A DNA stretch of 64,000 nt from Vezdaea acicularis (Eukaryota): NCBI GenBank assembly GCA_026025075.1, contig JAPEUI010000038.1:62001-126000 (forward strand), read 5' to 3'. The notes below the pieces were generated by a model. It was not told the origin of the DNA. It saw only the letters and a list, made by a program, of their open reading frames with translations, and searched no databases. Below, piece by piece: positions 37,301-50,924 of this stretch. How positions within the stretch are numbered: position 1 is the first letter of the stretch; each line of letters opens with the position of its first letter. The position numbers and the translations under genes are program-made.

Positions 37301-37953
37301 AGACTAATGGTCATCCACCAGCTTCCCCAGACCAAAAGGAGAAGAAGCGTCTTGCGAAACGCATCATTCGCTCCATCCAGCCTCTCCTCGAGACCGCCCT
37401 GCGCAGCGAGGCCGACCTCTCCCGAAAGCCGTTCTCCAAGGAGACCGCGCCAAATATAGACATACTCTTCGACAACGCCGGCCCGGCTAGCAGACGCGGC
37501 AGCATGGCAGGGATGAGCACCGCTTCCGTCGACGGCATGCTGCAAAGCCCAGTGAGAACCATGAACGGCATCACCGAAGAGAACAGTGAACCAGTAATGG
37601 ACGTTGAAATGCGCGATGCAGACGAGAATCACCAAGCGCACAGCACAGCCGCGGAGAGCCCGCTTTCACCAGAGGCACACACGCACACGCCTGACCCGCT
37701 CGAGGCTCTCGTGTCGGGTGGCATACCCTGGTATATGCGCGAATTCTCTCCTTACGGTACGAGCGTGCTAGAGGAGAAGTGGACGGGGCGTGACGTGGTA
37801 CGCGGTATGAGCGAGGAATTGAGCGAGATGGACGAGGAGGAGATGGAGGGCTTGGCCGTGGGTGTGGGGATGGGTATGGTTGATGAAGCGGCAAGCATAC
37901 CAGAGAAGGTAAGCGTGGGAAAAATGGGGAAGAAGGGAAAGAGGCGACGCTAG
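34396..37953 (+). CDS. NTO1: NuA3/BRPF-type HAT complex scaffold with EPL1 and PHD-Zn knuckle-PHD domains
   Basis: VEYDMDEQDDKWL (EPL1), CAICDDGDCENTNAIVFCDGC...HQECYG...WLCRKC, second PHD CYIC...GACIQC...FHVTCA; three introns. Confidence 0.9.
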
Positions 37954-39654
37954 AGCGGTCGATGGTCGTCCAGGAATGGTTCATATACGATAAGCCCAAG
38001 GGACAGGGTCGGTCTACTGGATAGGAACGGGCGTCGGGCGGACATGACATGTTCAATCAAATGGTCGGGCACATATCTTGGAGTTCAACAACTTGCATGA
38101 GTAGCTTTAACCATAGAGCTTTTTTACCTCCTAGCTATGACTTTAGAAAGTCTAGAGCGAGAGTATGGTTGCTAATGATGCGAGCTTTAAGAAAGCTATT
38201 TGTAATGGGCTACTAGTCTCAACCTCACAATAACATCCTCAGAAGGAAGTGGACAGATAGCATCTTAACCGCCACAACACCCAGAACAAAATCGACTCAC
38301 CGGTAATGGCCCACCCGTTGCGCCAACCCACGAACAGACTATAAAGGTATCTTTGTAGATCTGGAAAGTAGGGGTGACTTACTTTAGAGGATGCAATCCG
38401 CTTTGCGGACTGTTTGCCACGTCTATGAGACTAGTGATGGACCCACTGATATATTGTCCGCAGACGTTGAGAAATCTAATATCTCGGGGTGAAAAATCGG
38501 TGATAACTAATGTAAAATCTGATATGCCGTTATGGGTATGGGAGCTAATTAAGGATGTTTGTACCAAAGCATATTAGTATTGGGGGGAGGAGACAATATC
38601 TCCATTTCTCTTCTTTCTCTTCAGAAGTCCCTGAAAGTCGCCCTTAAGAGTGAGTATGTATTGGCGAATAGAATTCAGCTAATTTTGGTGCAATAGGCAT
38701 CGAGTTCTCCATCGGAATAAAGATCAGTAGCTGAGTACGAAAAATTTTGTGCAAGTTGTGGGCTGTATATTGATGCAAGGTGAAAGTCGGCCAAGGGTAA
38801 CTCCATTCTAGGGCGCAGGGTGCATACTGTCATTGCGAGTAGAAATGTATGATGAGCCAACGCCGCAGGCGAATCAAAGGGAGCGCGTTTACAAGCGGTT
38901 GTGGACTGAATCATTGATTTGAAAGGCGGAAGGAGGTAGCATCGGAACAGTGAAAGGATGTCAAGTGGATTGTCAAGACGTAAGTACTGGAATTTGCAGG
39001 GAGGACTTTATGGCGCATCGATGCGAGGCTGCAAAGGCTGAATCTACGGGATGGTGAGGGATTCCTTACTCGAGATTTGATATACGTAACTGCACCGTAA
39101 ATTCGAAGCCACTACTTAGACGTGTGGCTCTAAAGTCGCAATTGGAGCACTGGAGATTGTGGTATATCTGGGGGACGACATGTTGACTGACGAGCATAAC
39201 TGAAGCATCGGCAAAAATCCCACGGCGAGTTTGCTGCAATATTTGTACGAGTTCTGAGTTGGAAGCCACGGAGCAAATTTATACGCAACCAGTTGCACCA
39301 TCGTGGACCGATCTCGAGAGCTGCCGAAACAGATCGTTTATCGTGCCGTTGATTAGTCTGTAAGTCCCTCCCGCTGAATATGCCGAATGGCGAAACAAAG
39401 GTGAAAGTGAAACTTTTCCGAGCATTCTGTGGTGCAATACTGGAGTTGATCCCACCATTACAGGCCCTTTGTCATTGCTGTAAGAGATTGAGAAACGCGA
39501 GGTTGAAGGGAAACAGCCCGGTGCAAAGTCAAGAAAAGTATAGCTAGTGGACAGTGGTCGTCACTGATCCAAGAAGCTGACGAATGACTGAAGCTGATTA
39601 CCGTTTATTTGGATGGCCGACGATCTGCACCTGAAGTTTATCAGCGAGGGTAAT

Positions 39655-40791
39655 CTATCGACGAGAATGTCTATCGTCGTTACGATCGTCAGAGTATCTA
39701 CCTCCGACGTCCCTCGAAGACTGCTCGCCGTAGTTGTTGGAACGACCACCATCACGGTCATAGTGCCCACCGCCGCGGCTGCTGCTGTAGCGATCATCAC
39801 GACTGGATGCGTAGCGATCGATCCCACGAGAGCTGTAGTCATCGCGAGGATCACGACGTCCGTAATGTCTGTCATCCCCACGATCCCCACGATCTCCGCG
39901 ATCACCACGATCATCACGGTCATAGCGAGAACCATAGCGAGATTCACGAGAATCGTAACGAGAACTGCCACCTCCGCGGTAGGAATCATCACGGCCGTAG
40001 CCACCACCATAGCCACCACCACGGCGACGGTCATAACGGTCATCATAGCGATCAAAGCGACCGGGTGGGGGACCTCGAGCATCATCTTCTATTCAGTAAG
40101 TATGTCAAAAGTAAAGAGGAAGGGCCATACTTACCCCGTTTCGGAGGTCCAAAGTACTTTCCAGGAGTAGGAGTCCTCGGCCGAGCTCTACGAGCCTTCT
40201 CGATGCTTAGGGTACGACCTTCGATGGTTTCACCTTGAAGACCTTCCTTTGCTGCGTCGGCTTCGTCAGAAGTGACCATCTTTACAAATCCGAATCCACG
40301 AGACTCCTTGGTATGAGGATCAAGCATGATAGCGCATTTTTCGACTTCTCCGTATTTCTCAAAAAGGCGTGAAACTTCTGCTTCTGAGAGCTTTGGATGA
40401 ATGCCAGTGACGAAAAGATTTGAACCAGGGTTGCGAGCTCCGTCATCTTTCTCGTCATTAGAACGGTTATCTTGAGGAGGGCCACTGCAGAGAGAAGTCA
40501 GCTGAGGACATTGAATTTGGGAATGCCACGCCTACCGGCTGTCCATGCGACCATTTGGAGACGCACTCCTGTTACGTCCACGATCATCTCCACGGCGAGC
40601 TGGGCGAGGAGAAGCACTTCGATCACGCTCATAGCGAGGTTCCTCTAAAAGCGATGCCATATATGAGGATCAGTTGTTCAACAAGACGAGAGCATGTAAA
40701 GCTCTGTTTATAGGAGGGATTATTTCTGGTTACTAAGGAAAGACTCACCCTCAAAACTTCTCGTCTCATTCTCGTAGTCCATAGTAGCCAT
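39655..40791 (-). CDS. Single-RRM RNA-binding protein with R/D/G/Y-rich tail (Tra2/SR-like)
   Basis: MATMDYE start; RNP2 NLFVTGI, RNP1 RGFGFVKM, RPRTPTPGKYFGPPK; final exon of GDR/YDR repeats ending HSRR-TAG at 39655; three introns. Confidence 0.9.
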
Positions 40792-41402
40792 CTTGTCGAG
40801 TACTGATGAGCTTGAGATGATCTAAGTGATGATTTCAGATGATGAGGGGATGGGTTGAGAGAAAATGAGGAAGGATGAAGAATAGAGGTTTTTTCAAACG
40901 AGATGAAAGACGAGGCTGCCTCGTAAAAGCTGCAACGTCTTAAGAAGGTGAGGCTGCCGGAAAATTTCAATGACGAGGCTTCCAGGAAGACCACGTTGTT
41001 AGGGTTAGATGGATAGGTTAGTATTATCAGTATCAAGGAACGTCTTCAAGGCCTTTTCAGTTCCTCAAAATGTTTTATCAGGGAACAGAACCTTTTCATC
41101 AGTGAACGTCTGCTTGGGTCGTTTGCTTTGGACACCCGACGCGCCAAGATTTTAAGCGACAAGCGACAATGGCGCGTCGTCTCGCATACCTGGACACACA
41201 CTCTTTAGTGGTCGAGCATTGTCCGCAGCAATTGAAATTGGGTGTTTCTATCGTCCGGACCTCAAAGAAATCTGTTTGGTCTTGTAAACTGGAACCTAGT
41301 ATGTGCTACCAAAGCACCTTCTAAGATGAACGACTGACTGTCAGTAGCTGGAATGATCTCCCGGCGTCTGACCTGACTAGATCCTTGGAAACTTTTCTCA
41401 AC

Positions 41403-44400
41403 ATGGCAAAGCGACCTTGGAGAGGGAGCTTGGATGAAACCGAAATAGAGGCACATGCCAACAAATCCGATTCAAATGATGGAGACTACGACGAGCGAGT
41501 GGCTCATGCCTCTGTTAAAAGGTCCGGCCGAACCAAGAACCAGAAAGCCCCTAGGGGGAAACGGCGCAAAATAGACTCCGACGATGAAGATAACGATCTT
41601 GACGACAGCGACGTTGTAGATGATTCTTTTGCTGAAGATACACCAGAGCCAGAGTCGTTGGACGTTGACCCTAAGACTGGTCGACCTAGACGCTCAGCTG
41701 CGAGAAAGCAAGTGAAATACGACGTCGACGCGAGCAGTGAAGAATCACCCCCCCCATCGGAGAACGAAGATGAGGTTGTTAAGGAAGTTCCACGGAAAAA
41801 GCGAAAGCTGGTCATAAAGCTGCAGGTTCCATCAAGAGCAAGCAGAGCCGCCAGCGTGGCAAGAAGTAGGCAAGGGCTTAGCGTTGAGCCCCAATCGGCT
41901 GGTACTCGTCGGAGCACCCGTCATAGATCAGAGCAAGGTGGTGAGGAGCTGATAGCTCTGACCGACTCTGGTCGGCATGCTCAAGTTGTTCGTCCGCCAA
42001 CCCACAGCCCTGAGGGTCGATCTTCTAGAGTGACTACAGGTAGGAAAGGCCTGAAGAAACCTGTAGCCAGAATAGTCACAGAGGAGGCGGAGGAGGAAGA
42101 GGAAGCAATAGCCGAAGAACAAGCTGTGACCGACGTGCCGACCGATAAAGAAGACCCGCCGATGGATGAACCCTTCATAGAAGAAATTGTGACGGTCCAG
42201 ACTACGATAATATCCGACACCCAAATGGCGACGCAAGGGGATGATGACACTGCTGGTGGAGACAAGGCCGAGGTGGGTGCTGGACCAGGTGAGGCGCAAA
42301 TCAACGTTGAAGAGGGAGAAGAGGAAGAGGAAGAAGAAGACGAACAGCCGATATCAAGTGGGCGTAGTGCGCGAGTGAGTTCCTCAGATGTAGCATCTCA
42401 ACTGAACAATACTGACACTAGTTACATATAGACCTCTCGGTCAGCAGCAAAAACCCGCTCAGCCGCATCTGCAAAGGGGAAGAAGCATTCTAATGGGGAG
42501 AGTAGCGACTTCGAACCAGGTGCAGAAGGAGGTGAAGATGAGGATATATCGGACTCTGAAGCTTCGCAGAGTTCGCCTCGTAAAGGAGCCGCCAATACCG
42601 ATGACGACGACGAAAGCGGGTCAGGCCCTAATCGGTCAAGAGGTAGAGGTAGGACGAGGTCTCAACGGCGCGCACCTGACCATGAAGACAATATCGATGA
42701 GCGTGAAGAGCTCCTTGACGAAATAGTTGATTTGCAGCCGAGTGGTCGAAGGCGAAAGAGCGCAGGTTTAGATGATGTGCGAAGGACAAGAGATCGACGA
42801 GCTACAAAGCCGGTTGACTATGCGGTCTACAAGAATTTTGCACCCGTGGAGGACGCTGAGCCTATCACTAGTCCTCCGCGACGTACAAGAGGTGGCGCTG
42901 GTGCATGGGAACGTAATTTGTACCCAGTAAATGGTCCTTTTGGTGGTGCGGGTGGACTTGGATCTATCTTTGGTGGCCCCGGCGCGATAGGAGCTGCTGG
43001 GGGGGTGGATTCCGACAGCAGTGACGATGAAAGGGCCCAGAGGCCTGCAGCAACCACGATTGGCATGACTCCTACCACGACAACTGCTCCAGGGCTTCTG
43101 CCGCCTCCGCAGACGCATGGCGCGGATACTCTTCAAGCTGGTGCTCTTGCAGGTACTCCAGCGAACCTTGGAAAGATCAAGGACAGGCAATCTCTCGCAG
43201 ATGCTGATCCTCTTGGCGTGGATCCCAATGTCAACTTCGATAGTGTTGGAGGTCTCCAGGGTCATATTGATCAACTCAAGGAGATGGTCTCTTTGCCTCT
43301 ATTATACCCCGAGATCTTCTCTAGGTTTCATGTTACGCCTCCCCGAGGCGTACTCTTTCATGGCCCTCCTGGAACCGGTAAGACGTTGCTGGCCCGGGCG
43401 CTTGCCTCGAGTGTGGGCTCTCAAGGCCGGAAGGTCACCTTTTACATGAGGAAAGGAGCAGATGCTTTGAGCAAATGGGTTGGTGAAGCGGAACGCCAAC
43501 TTCGTCTGCTCTTTGAGGAGGCACGGAAGACGCAACCCAGCATCATTTTTTTCGACGAAATAGATGGTCTTGCGCCAGTTAGGTCCAGTAAACAGGAGCA
43601 AATCCATGCCTCAATTGTTTCGACGCTTTTGGCTCTGATGGATGGTATGGATGGCCGAGGCCAAGTCATCGTTATCGGAGCAACGAATAGACCAGACTCC
43701 ATTGACCCAGCACTTCGCCGTCCTGGTAGATTTGACCGCGAGTTCTATTTCCCTCTCCCAAATACCGAAGCACGGAGAGCAATTCTTGATATCCACACCA
43801 AGGGATGGGTACCCGGCCTCCCGAACGCGTTCAAAGATCAGGTTGCCGAACTCACGAAGGGTTATGGTGGTGCAGATTTGCGGGCTCTCTGCACAGAGGC
43901 AGCACTCAACGCTGTTCAACGAACGTATCCTCAAATTTATACGTCTAACGAGAAATTGATCATCGACCCCAAAAAGATCGATGTTACTGCGAAGGATTTC
44001 ATGATCTCTATCAAGAAACTTGTCCCATCATCAGAAAGATCGGCTTCTTCTGGAGCTGCACCGTTGCCTAGTCACATCGAGCCTCTTCTCCGAAAGCCCC
44101 TTGTCGAGGTGAAAACCTTGCTAGAGAAAATCATCCCCCATAAGAAACAGCTAACGGCACTGCAAGAGGCGCGCTTTGAGGATTATAGTGACACTGATGG
44201 TGGATTCCAAAGGGAGAAGTTCCAAGAAGGCGAGTCTCTGATTCCCGCTAATCATTCGCGGGTTGCTAACGGTAGCTATAGACTTCGAGACTTCTCGCAT
44301 ATTCCGTCCCAGACTACTCATCGAAGGTTCTACAGGAATGGGACAAAATTATCTAGGCTCTGCACTCTTGAATTATTTCGAAGGTTTGCATGTGCAGACG

Positions 44401-46486
44401 TTCGATCTTCCCACCCTTCTCGGTGATTCCACAAGGGTAAGTTGGGTTGAAAGCGCACGTTACTTTGGATCGAATGAGGGCTAATTATACTAGTCGGCTG
44501 AGGCAACTATAATATCCTTTTTCTCGGAAGTTCGGCGCCATAAACCTGGTGTGATATTCTTGCCTGATGCGGAAGCCTGGATGCAGGTGCTTCCTGCCGT
44601 CGCCCTATCGACATTTCTTGGTCTTTTGAGAAAGATCCCGGCAACGGATCCGGTGCTAGTTCTCGGACTCCTCGAGGGTGAACTTGATTTGGAGAGCGAA
44701 GAGCACAGTTTCTTGAACGAGATTTTTGGATACTCGAAAAAGAATCAATACCGCATACCAAGACCAGATGAAGTATATCTATCCGCACTTGTCGTCAAAG
44801 ATTTCACTGACAGAACGTTAGGCGAGTCGCATTGCATACTTCCATGCTCTCATTACACATATCCGGAGGCACCCAAGAGAGTTCCCGATAGATCCCGAAA
44901 ACCGGAAAAAGCGAAAATTAGAAGTGCTGCAAGTTGCTCCTCCACCGCCTCCAAGAGAGCAGACGAAGGAAGAACTGAAGCTTCAAAAGAAGAAAGATCG
45001 ACAATTTTTGAACTACCTCAAGATCCGTATACAGCCCATAATGGACCAGATCAAGTTGAAGTATAAGAAGTTCAGGTCCCCACCAATTCCTTTCACAGCA
45101 TACCAGTATCTCGTGGATGAGGAAAACTCAACTCTGATCAATTCTGCGACGCGAAACCAGGATCGACCATATGAGCGAGCCTCCGATAAAGATGGAAATC
45201 CAGGCCTTAGAGAGACGAGCACTGGCACATTCTGGTACAACATGGATACCGTCTGTATTGAGGACCGTCTCACGAATGGCTATTACTGCCGTCCTAAAGA
45301 CTTCTTACGGGATGTAAAATTCCTTGCCAAAGACTCCAAGACACAACAAGATCGTGATAAGATAATCAAATCTAGCGAGCTCGCAGCAAACGTCGAAGTG
45401 GATATTGGAATCATAGAGGCCGAACCAATTTTTGCGGACGCTGAGAGCGTTTATCAACGCGAGATGAAGCGTCGGAAGGATAGCGATGAAAAGGCTCGCA
45501 AGCGCGTACTTGAGCAACGCGATGAAGTGGCGAAGGCACTGAGAGAGGCTGGTTCAGAGCATGCGGCTGAAGTAGCCGCCGCTAACGCAACAAGATCGTC
45601 TAACGCGCAAGCATACCCGCCTTTGCTCGCACAGCCAGCCCCTCCCCTTACGCCCTCGCGCCCATCACAGAACAGTTCTCTCTCTAATGGAAATGGTAGC
45701 ATGGTAGTCGAGATGGGTTCTCGCCCATCTCTCAGCAATGGCTCGCCAGCTCCATCTCGTGAGGGAGACGTCCAAATGTCAGGTATGGAGCCGTCTCAAT
45801 CTCAACCAGCCGAAAGCTCTTGGGGTGGTCCTCCTCGCGGAACGCCAGGTTTGAGTAGTGCACCTCGTAGCCAGCAGGCCAACACGCAGAAGTCAGCCTT
45901 TACGAGCATGCCGGCCGGCTCTCAAATCGAAGACTTCACGAATGATGCCTCTACGACTACGAGTGGAAAGAAGACTGCAGAGAACAGCAACCGAAGCAGC
46001 GATCCCTGGACTAGCGGATCGAATGGCATTGTCCAACGAAAAGACGAGGAGGGCGTCATGCGTAATGAAGCGCCTGAGAGCCAGATGCCAGATACGCAGG
46101 ATGTACCCTCCTCGCAAGGTTCCGGCCCACATTCGCAGCCCCTTGCGATCAACAACCTGCTCAACTCTCACTCCACCACCACCCCAACACCTACCCCCCA
46201 CCGTCCGCTCGGTCCGCCCCCCCCACCTTCGCAGTTGCAACAGAGCCCGGACTCGTACGTCATCAACGCGGGCGTCGAGGACGAATTTCACAAGCTGCTC
46301 GTGCGGCGTACATCCGGTCTCTCCGTCGAGCAACTAGAGCAGGTGCACTCGGCACTGATGGACGCCGTTTGGAGGCATCGACAGGAGTACAATAGAGTCA
46401 GAGTTCAGAAAATCGTGGAGGATGCATTCAATGAAGTCATGCCGGACTTACTGGCCAAGGGAGTGGGCGCATCGAGCAGTGAGTAA
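41403..46486 (+). CDS. YTA7: AAA+ ATPase with bromodomain-like region (ATAD2 orthologue)
   Basis: Acidic N-terminus, LADADPLGVD, GPPGTGKT, FYMRKGADALSKWVGEAERQL, IIFFDEID, RRPGRFDRE, degenerate second AAA (EGSTGMGQ), NGYYCRPKDFL, TSGLSVEQLEQ; four introns. Confidence 0.96.
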
Positions 46487-48539
46487 TGATATAGGAGAAG
46501 GTATCTGGCAGGATGGGTGATGGGTGGATCGCATGAGGCATTCCTGCTTCTGTTAGAGCGGTTGTTTGAGAGAGTGCTCCGTAGAGCTTAGAGCAGGTTG
46601 GCGTTTATCGGTTTGGCGTAGACTACACGGTTGCATCAGGACGTTAGATTGTGGGAGCATCGTTGGGACCGTCCGAGTAGCTGTATTGTCATATAGGCCG
46701 GTTCCGCGCGACATATAACATATTAGTACATACAGAATGGTATAGAAAGTCTGCGTATATTGGACGCTCATGCCGGATTGATCGCTATCAATCGAGAGGC
46801 AATGTCGTACCAAGTCATACCACGACGCCTCATCCCCGCCGTTCATCGGAGTAAAGGGAAGGCGCGAAATGGGGAAGGTGCAAGGAACCGAAGTAGATGG
46901 TGGCCGCAAAGCCGCAGACATGGGAAAACATTGACTGGACCCGATGCGATAGCCAATGGGGGCAGACGGGACTTTCTCCAATGCGCCGGGAAAAAGCAAA
47001 AGGAACAACATCACGTCTCTACCTGTTGCAGCTTGGGGTGGCCCATGTGGGCGAGCGACGGAAAAAGCTTATTGTGTCCTTTTCTTTGCAGGTTTGCAGA
47101 AAGCGGGCGTATCGAAAGCTGCGGGAGGCAAACAAACAAACCGGCCGCCGTCGGACCCAAGGCCATGGTCCAAGCTTTGATCGCACCAGCCCAAAGCGAA
47201 GATTGAAGGGTGTCGGATAGACTTTTTCGCAGGAATCCTCATGGGGCAGGGCGGGTGGTGTTTGGGGCCGATAGGTGCAGTTCCATGTGTGCGATCTGCG
47301 TTCTGAAGGGCTCGCGCGACGATGGGAGGGGTAGAGGGATGGAACGGTGGAAGGGTGGAACAGTAGGACGGTGGAACGACGTTGATCTCGACTTGTCGCA
47401 GCGAAGTCGCAGCGAAGTCGCAGGAACCGTAGCCGACACTCACACGCGGTGGCCGGTCGCTCTTCCCTCCTCTGGCTCTTTCCTCTTGGGTTCGTTCCCC
47501 TTGGCTCTTTCCCTTGGCGGCGGAACTTACCCGGGTCTCGGCTCCCCCGTGGCTCCTTCTCCATCGGGGCCACTTCCCAGTGGGGGGCAGGGGGGGGGTT
47601 GGAGTTGCCGGGGGAGTGCTAGGAGAGTGCTTGGCGTGGTGCGCCCGTGCTAAGGCGCTCCGAGGCCGTCTAAGTCTAACGTGCAGCGAGATGGCCGACC
47701 GTCCATCGCGCCGCCGCTGCTGGCCGCGGCCGCCAACACCGCCCATCGCCTGTCCTTCCGGTGGAAGCTGAGGCACACCAGGCTACGGAGCTTCTGGAAG
47801 CTGAGGGAGAAGCGCTCGGGAACGCTCGAGTCTTCCCCACTCCCGCGCTCGAGTCCTCGGCCCCCGATGATCCCCAACGCCGCCCTTGCAACCTTCCTCC
47901 GCGACGCCTGCCCGCCCGCTGACTCGCTCCCCCAACCCTCCACGCCCTGCGAACCCCCCCCTCGCCCGCGACTGGCCTCTGTCGCCGCTTTTCGCAGCCC
48001 ATCGCAACCCTCTGCCTACCCTTCGCACGGAAGTTCTTGTGCACCGGAGCTCTGTTTCAACTTTCTCTCCCTTCTCTTTCCTCTCGTCCTCGTTCTTTCT
48101 CCCGCAAAACATCTCCATCTTCACCATCAACGCTCCTGGCTAGCCGCCGAGCGTGTGCCATCATCGCCCCTCTCAGCTGAACCTCCGTCGACCGATCGTC
48201 GGACGCTCTGGTGACCGTACCTCACCTCCATCCGAATCGCCGCTGACGGCAGCCACTTCTCCACAACGACCCGGAATTTGCTCTCAATTCGTTCGGACGG
48301 TGGTAAAATAATGCCCGAGATAGCTCATTGACGGTCTTCATTTTATACAGTTCAGTGGGGGGGCGCAAGTCGATTTCGGCACTCACTCACACCGTCCTTC
48401 GACATTCACGACCGCGGATGCCCCGTGCCCTCTTGTTTATTCGCGCATGGTAGCAGTCAACATCGTTTCGTCGCAATAAATTTAAGATTTCGACTGACGC
48501 GACGGTGACGCCGACGTTTGTCGGAGTGCAAATACAGCC

Positions 48540-50924
48540 CTGGCGGTGCATTCTTATCGAGCGTACCAGGCTCAGAAGGAGCAAGAAGCCTTTGTATCGA
48601 TGAAGCGCGGACGAAAGAGATCCTGGGTGGGAGTGGAGGAGGAGGAACCATATGGCTACCTCAGAGAAGCAATGTGAGTCTTCAGAATGGTGGCCTGGCA
48701 GCAGTGATAGAGCGCTGTGGGAACGATTGAATGGGTTGTGCTGACTTTGGCGCCAGGGTGTCCGGACTGATGGACGAGATCTGTGGGCCGCAGGACGACA
48801 GACGGACGCCGGAGAACGCGTAAGGTCCAACCCATTTGAATCAACAACAGACAATGACTAATTCAACGAAAAGTGAAATACTCGTCACTCCAGAGCGCAG
48901 AGACGCAGTCTTGCAAGCCGTGGGCACATGGGGCTTTTCTGCGCACGAGTATTCGGAGGATGAGTTGTTACTGTGTGCCATCACTATACTCCAGCATGCC
49001 TTGACGATACCGGATCTTGAAGCCTGGCGGATAAGTACAGGTAAGTCAACTTATGAGATCTTTGGTGTTTGCGATGCATGCAGGGACCCGCTGGTTGACC
49101 CGGGCTCTAGAAAACCTAACGAACTTCCTCATCGCAACCCGAACTGCATATAATTCATTCGTTCCATACCATAATTTCAGACATGCCGTGGACGTGCTCC
49201 AGGCAGTCTTTTATTTCTTGCTACAACTGGGGACCTTGCCTAATTATTCAACGGATCAACCGTCAACGGAATCGAAGCAGTCTTCGCCGATCGCAGCTCT
49301 ATTACGCCCTTTTGATGCTTTGACCCTTCTCATCACTGCCATCGGCCATGATGTTGGTCATCCTGGCGTCAACAATGCATTCCTCGTGACGCTGAAGGCT
49401 CCGTTGGCACAACTTTACAACGATCGTTCCGTTCTCGAGTCATTCCATTGTGCGGCATTCTCTCAACTGTTGCGGCGATATTGGCCCGCAGCATTTCAAG
49501 AGGTTGATCTGCGAAATCTATTGATAAACTCAATACTTGCAACAGACATGGGCTTGCATTTTGAATACATGAAGAAGATGGGATATCTACAAGAAAAGCT
49601 TCACGAGAATGGCAACACCACTGATGGGTGGGATGGAAGATATCGAGAGGAGCAGAGGACGCTGGCTTGCTCACTCCTCATCAAATGTGCTGATATTAGT
49701 AATGTGGTAAGTCGTCTTTTCTACCATCGAAGACACTTCTAATCAAGTCAGGCTCGTAAATATGCCGTTGCTGCAAAATGGGCGGTCATCCTTACAGATG
49801 AGTTTGCTCGCCAAGCTGACATGGAAACGGATTTGGGAATACCAAGCGCCCTCTTTGCACCTCCTGTCCGGAACAACATCATTGAACTCGGCAAATCACA
49901 AATCGGGTTCACAAATCTTTTCGCACTTCCTCTCTTTCAGGGCGTCACCGATGTTCTCCCGGGTATGCATTTCACCGTGGACGAAATCAATACGAATAAG
50001 CAAATCTGGCAAGAGAAGATCTCCGAAGCGAATGAAACAAAGCGTTTGAGTATGGGTTTACCTCGAACTTCACAAGATGGACTACTTTCTCCGAGATCGG
50101 GAAGTATAGCGTCGTTTTCGGGATCACCAGAGCAGCATCCGCCAGAGACTATGACCCCTCCGAACGCAACAAATAGCCCTCAACAAGAGCAAAAGTCTCA
50201 CTTCTCCCCAATAACTCAAGCAGATACTCGGCCCAATTCTATTGGCACTTTTGGTCATCCCGCGCTGTACTCCCCTGACGAATCAAGAAGGTCTTCAGTG
50301 GGGTCTCCCAGGTCAATGGCAAGTCCACAATTTCCCGATCTGAACGCTTCCACGAGATCCTCGGGTGCGTTCCCAAACGCAATCTTGACGGCTCGCAGTT
50401 CGTCACATATTGCGCCTAGTCAGCTGGCTCAAGGACTGCGGCCCGCACCCACTCTTTCGACTCCACAACCCAATCACTCAAAAGGGCAAGCGGATACAGA
50501 CGACCGAAGAGGGCAGGATCCTAAGCTAGTCACGATGGTGGTCGGGACGTCCCCCACCAAGGAATTGGAGAGCACTGGCACAAGCCCGAGCAAAGTATCC
50601 AACCATAGCTTGAAGAATAGATATGAGAGTATGAGCAGCACCGAAGAACCATCAAACGGGGCAACCTATCCGTACAGCCCTCTCTCCGGCCAGACCTCAG
50701 TCATGTCATCTAGCGAGAAGCTGGGCTCGTTTCACGGAATAGCGAAGGGACCTCGTCCCGTGACGAGCCCAATGGGCAGCGCAGTGAGGAACGGTATAAG
50801 TGACGTGATCGTCAGCGAGAGCTCGGACAGTATACCGGGCGTCAAACACCGCTCCTCGCGCTTCCGCCTCAACTTCTGGAAGAGCAAGAAGAGGTCAAAA
50901 GATGGTGGTGAAGTGGTGACATGA
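48540..50924 (+). CDS. PDE2: High-affinity class I cAMP phosphodiesterase; start uncertain (first in-frame ATG at 48600)
   Basis: RGRKRSWVG...YLREAM|VSGLM, PYHNFRHAVDV, HDVGHPGVNN, LESFH, ILATDM, IKCADISN|V, SQIGF. Confidence 0.92.

Noticed and set aside
39561..40238. Hydrophobic (V/I/T-rich) and His-rich ORFs on both strands
   Set aside because: Off-frame and antisense readings of the GDR/YDR repeat tail of the RRM gene.
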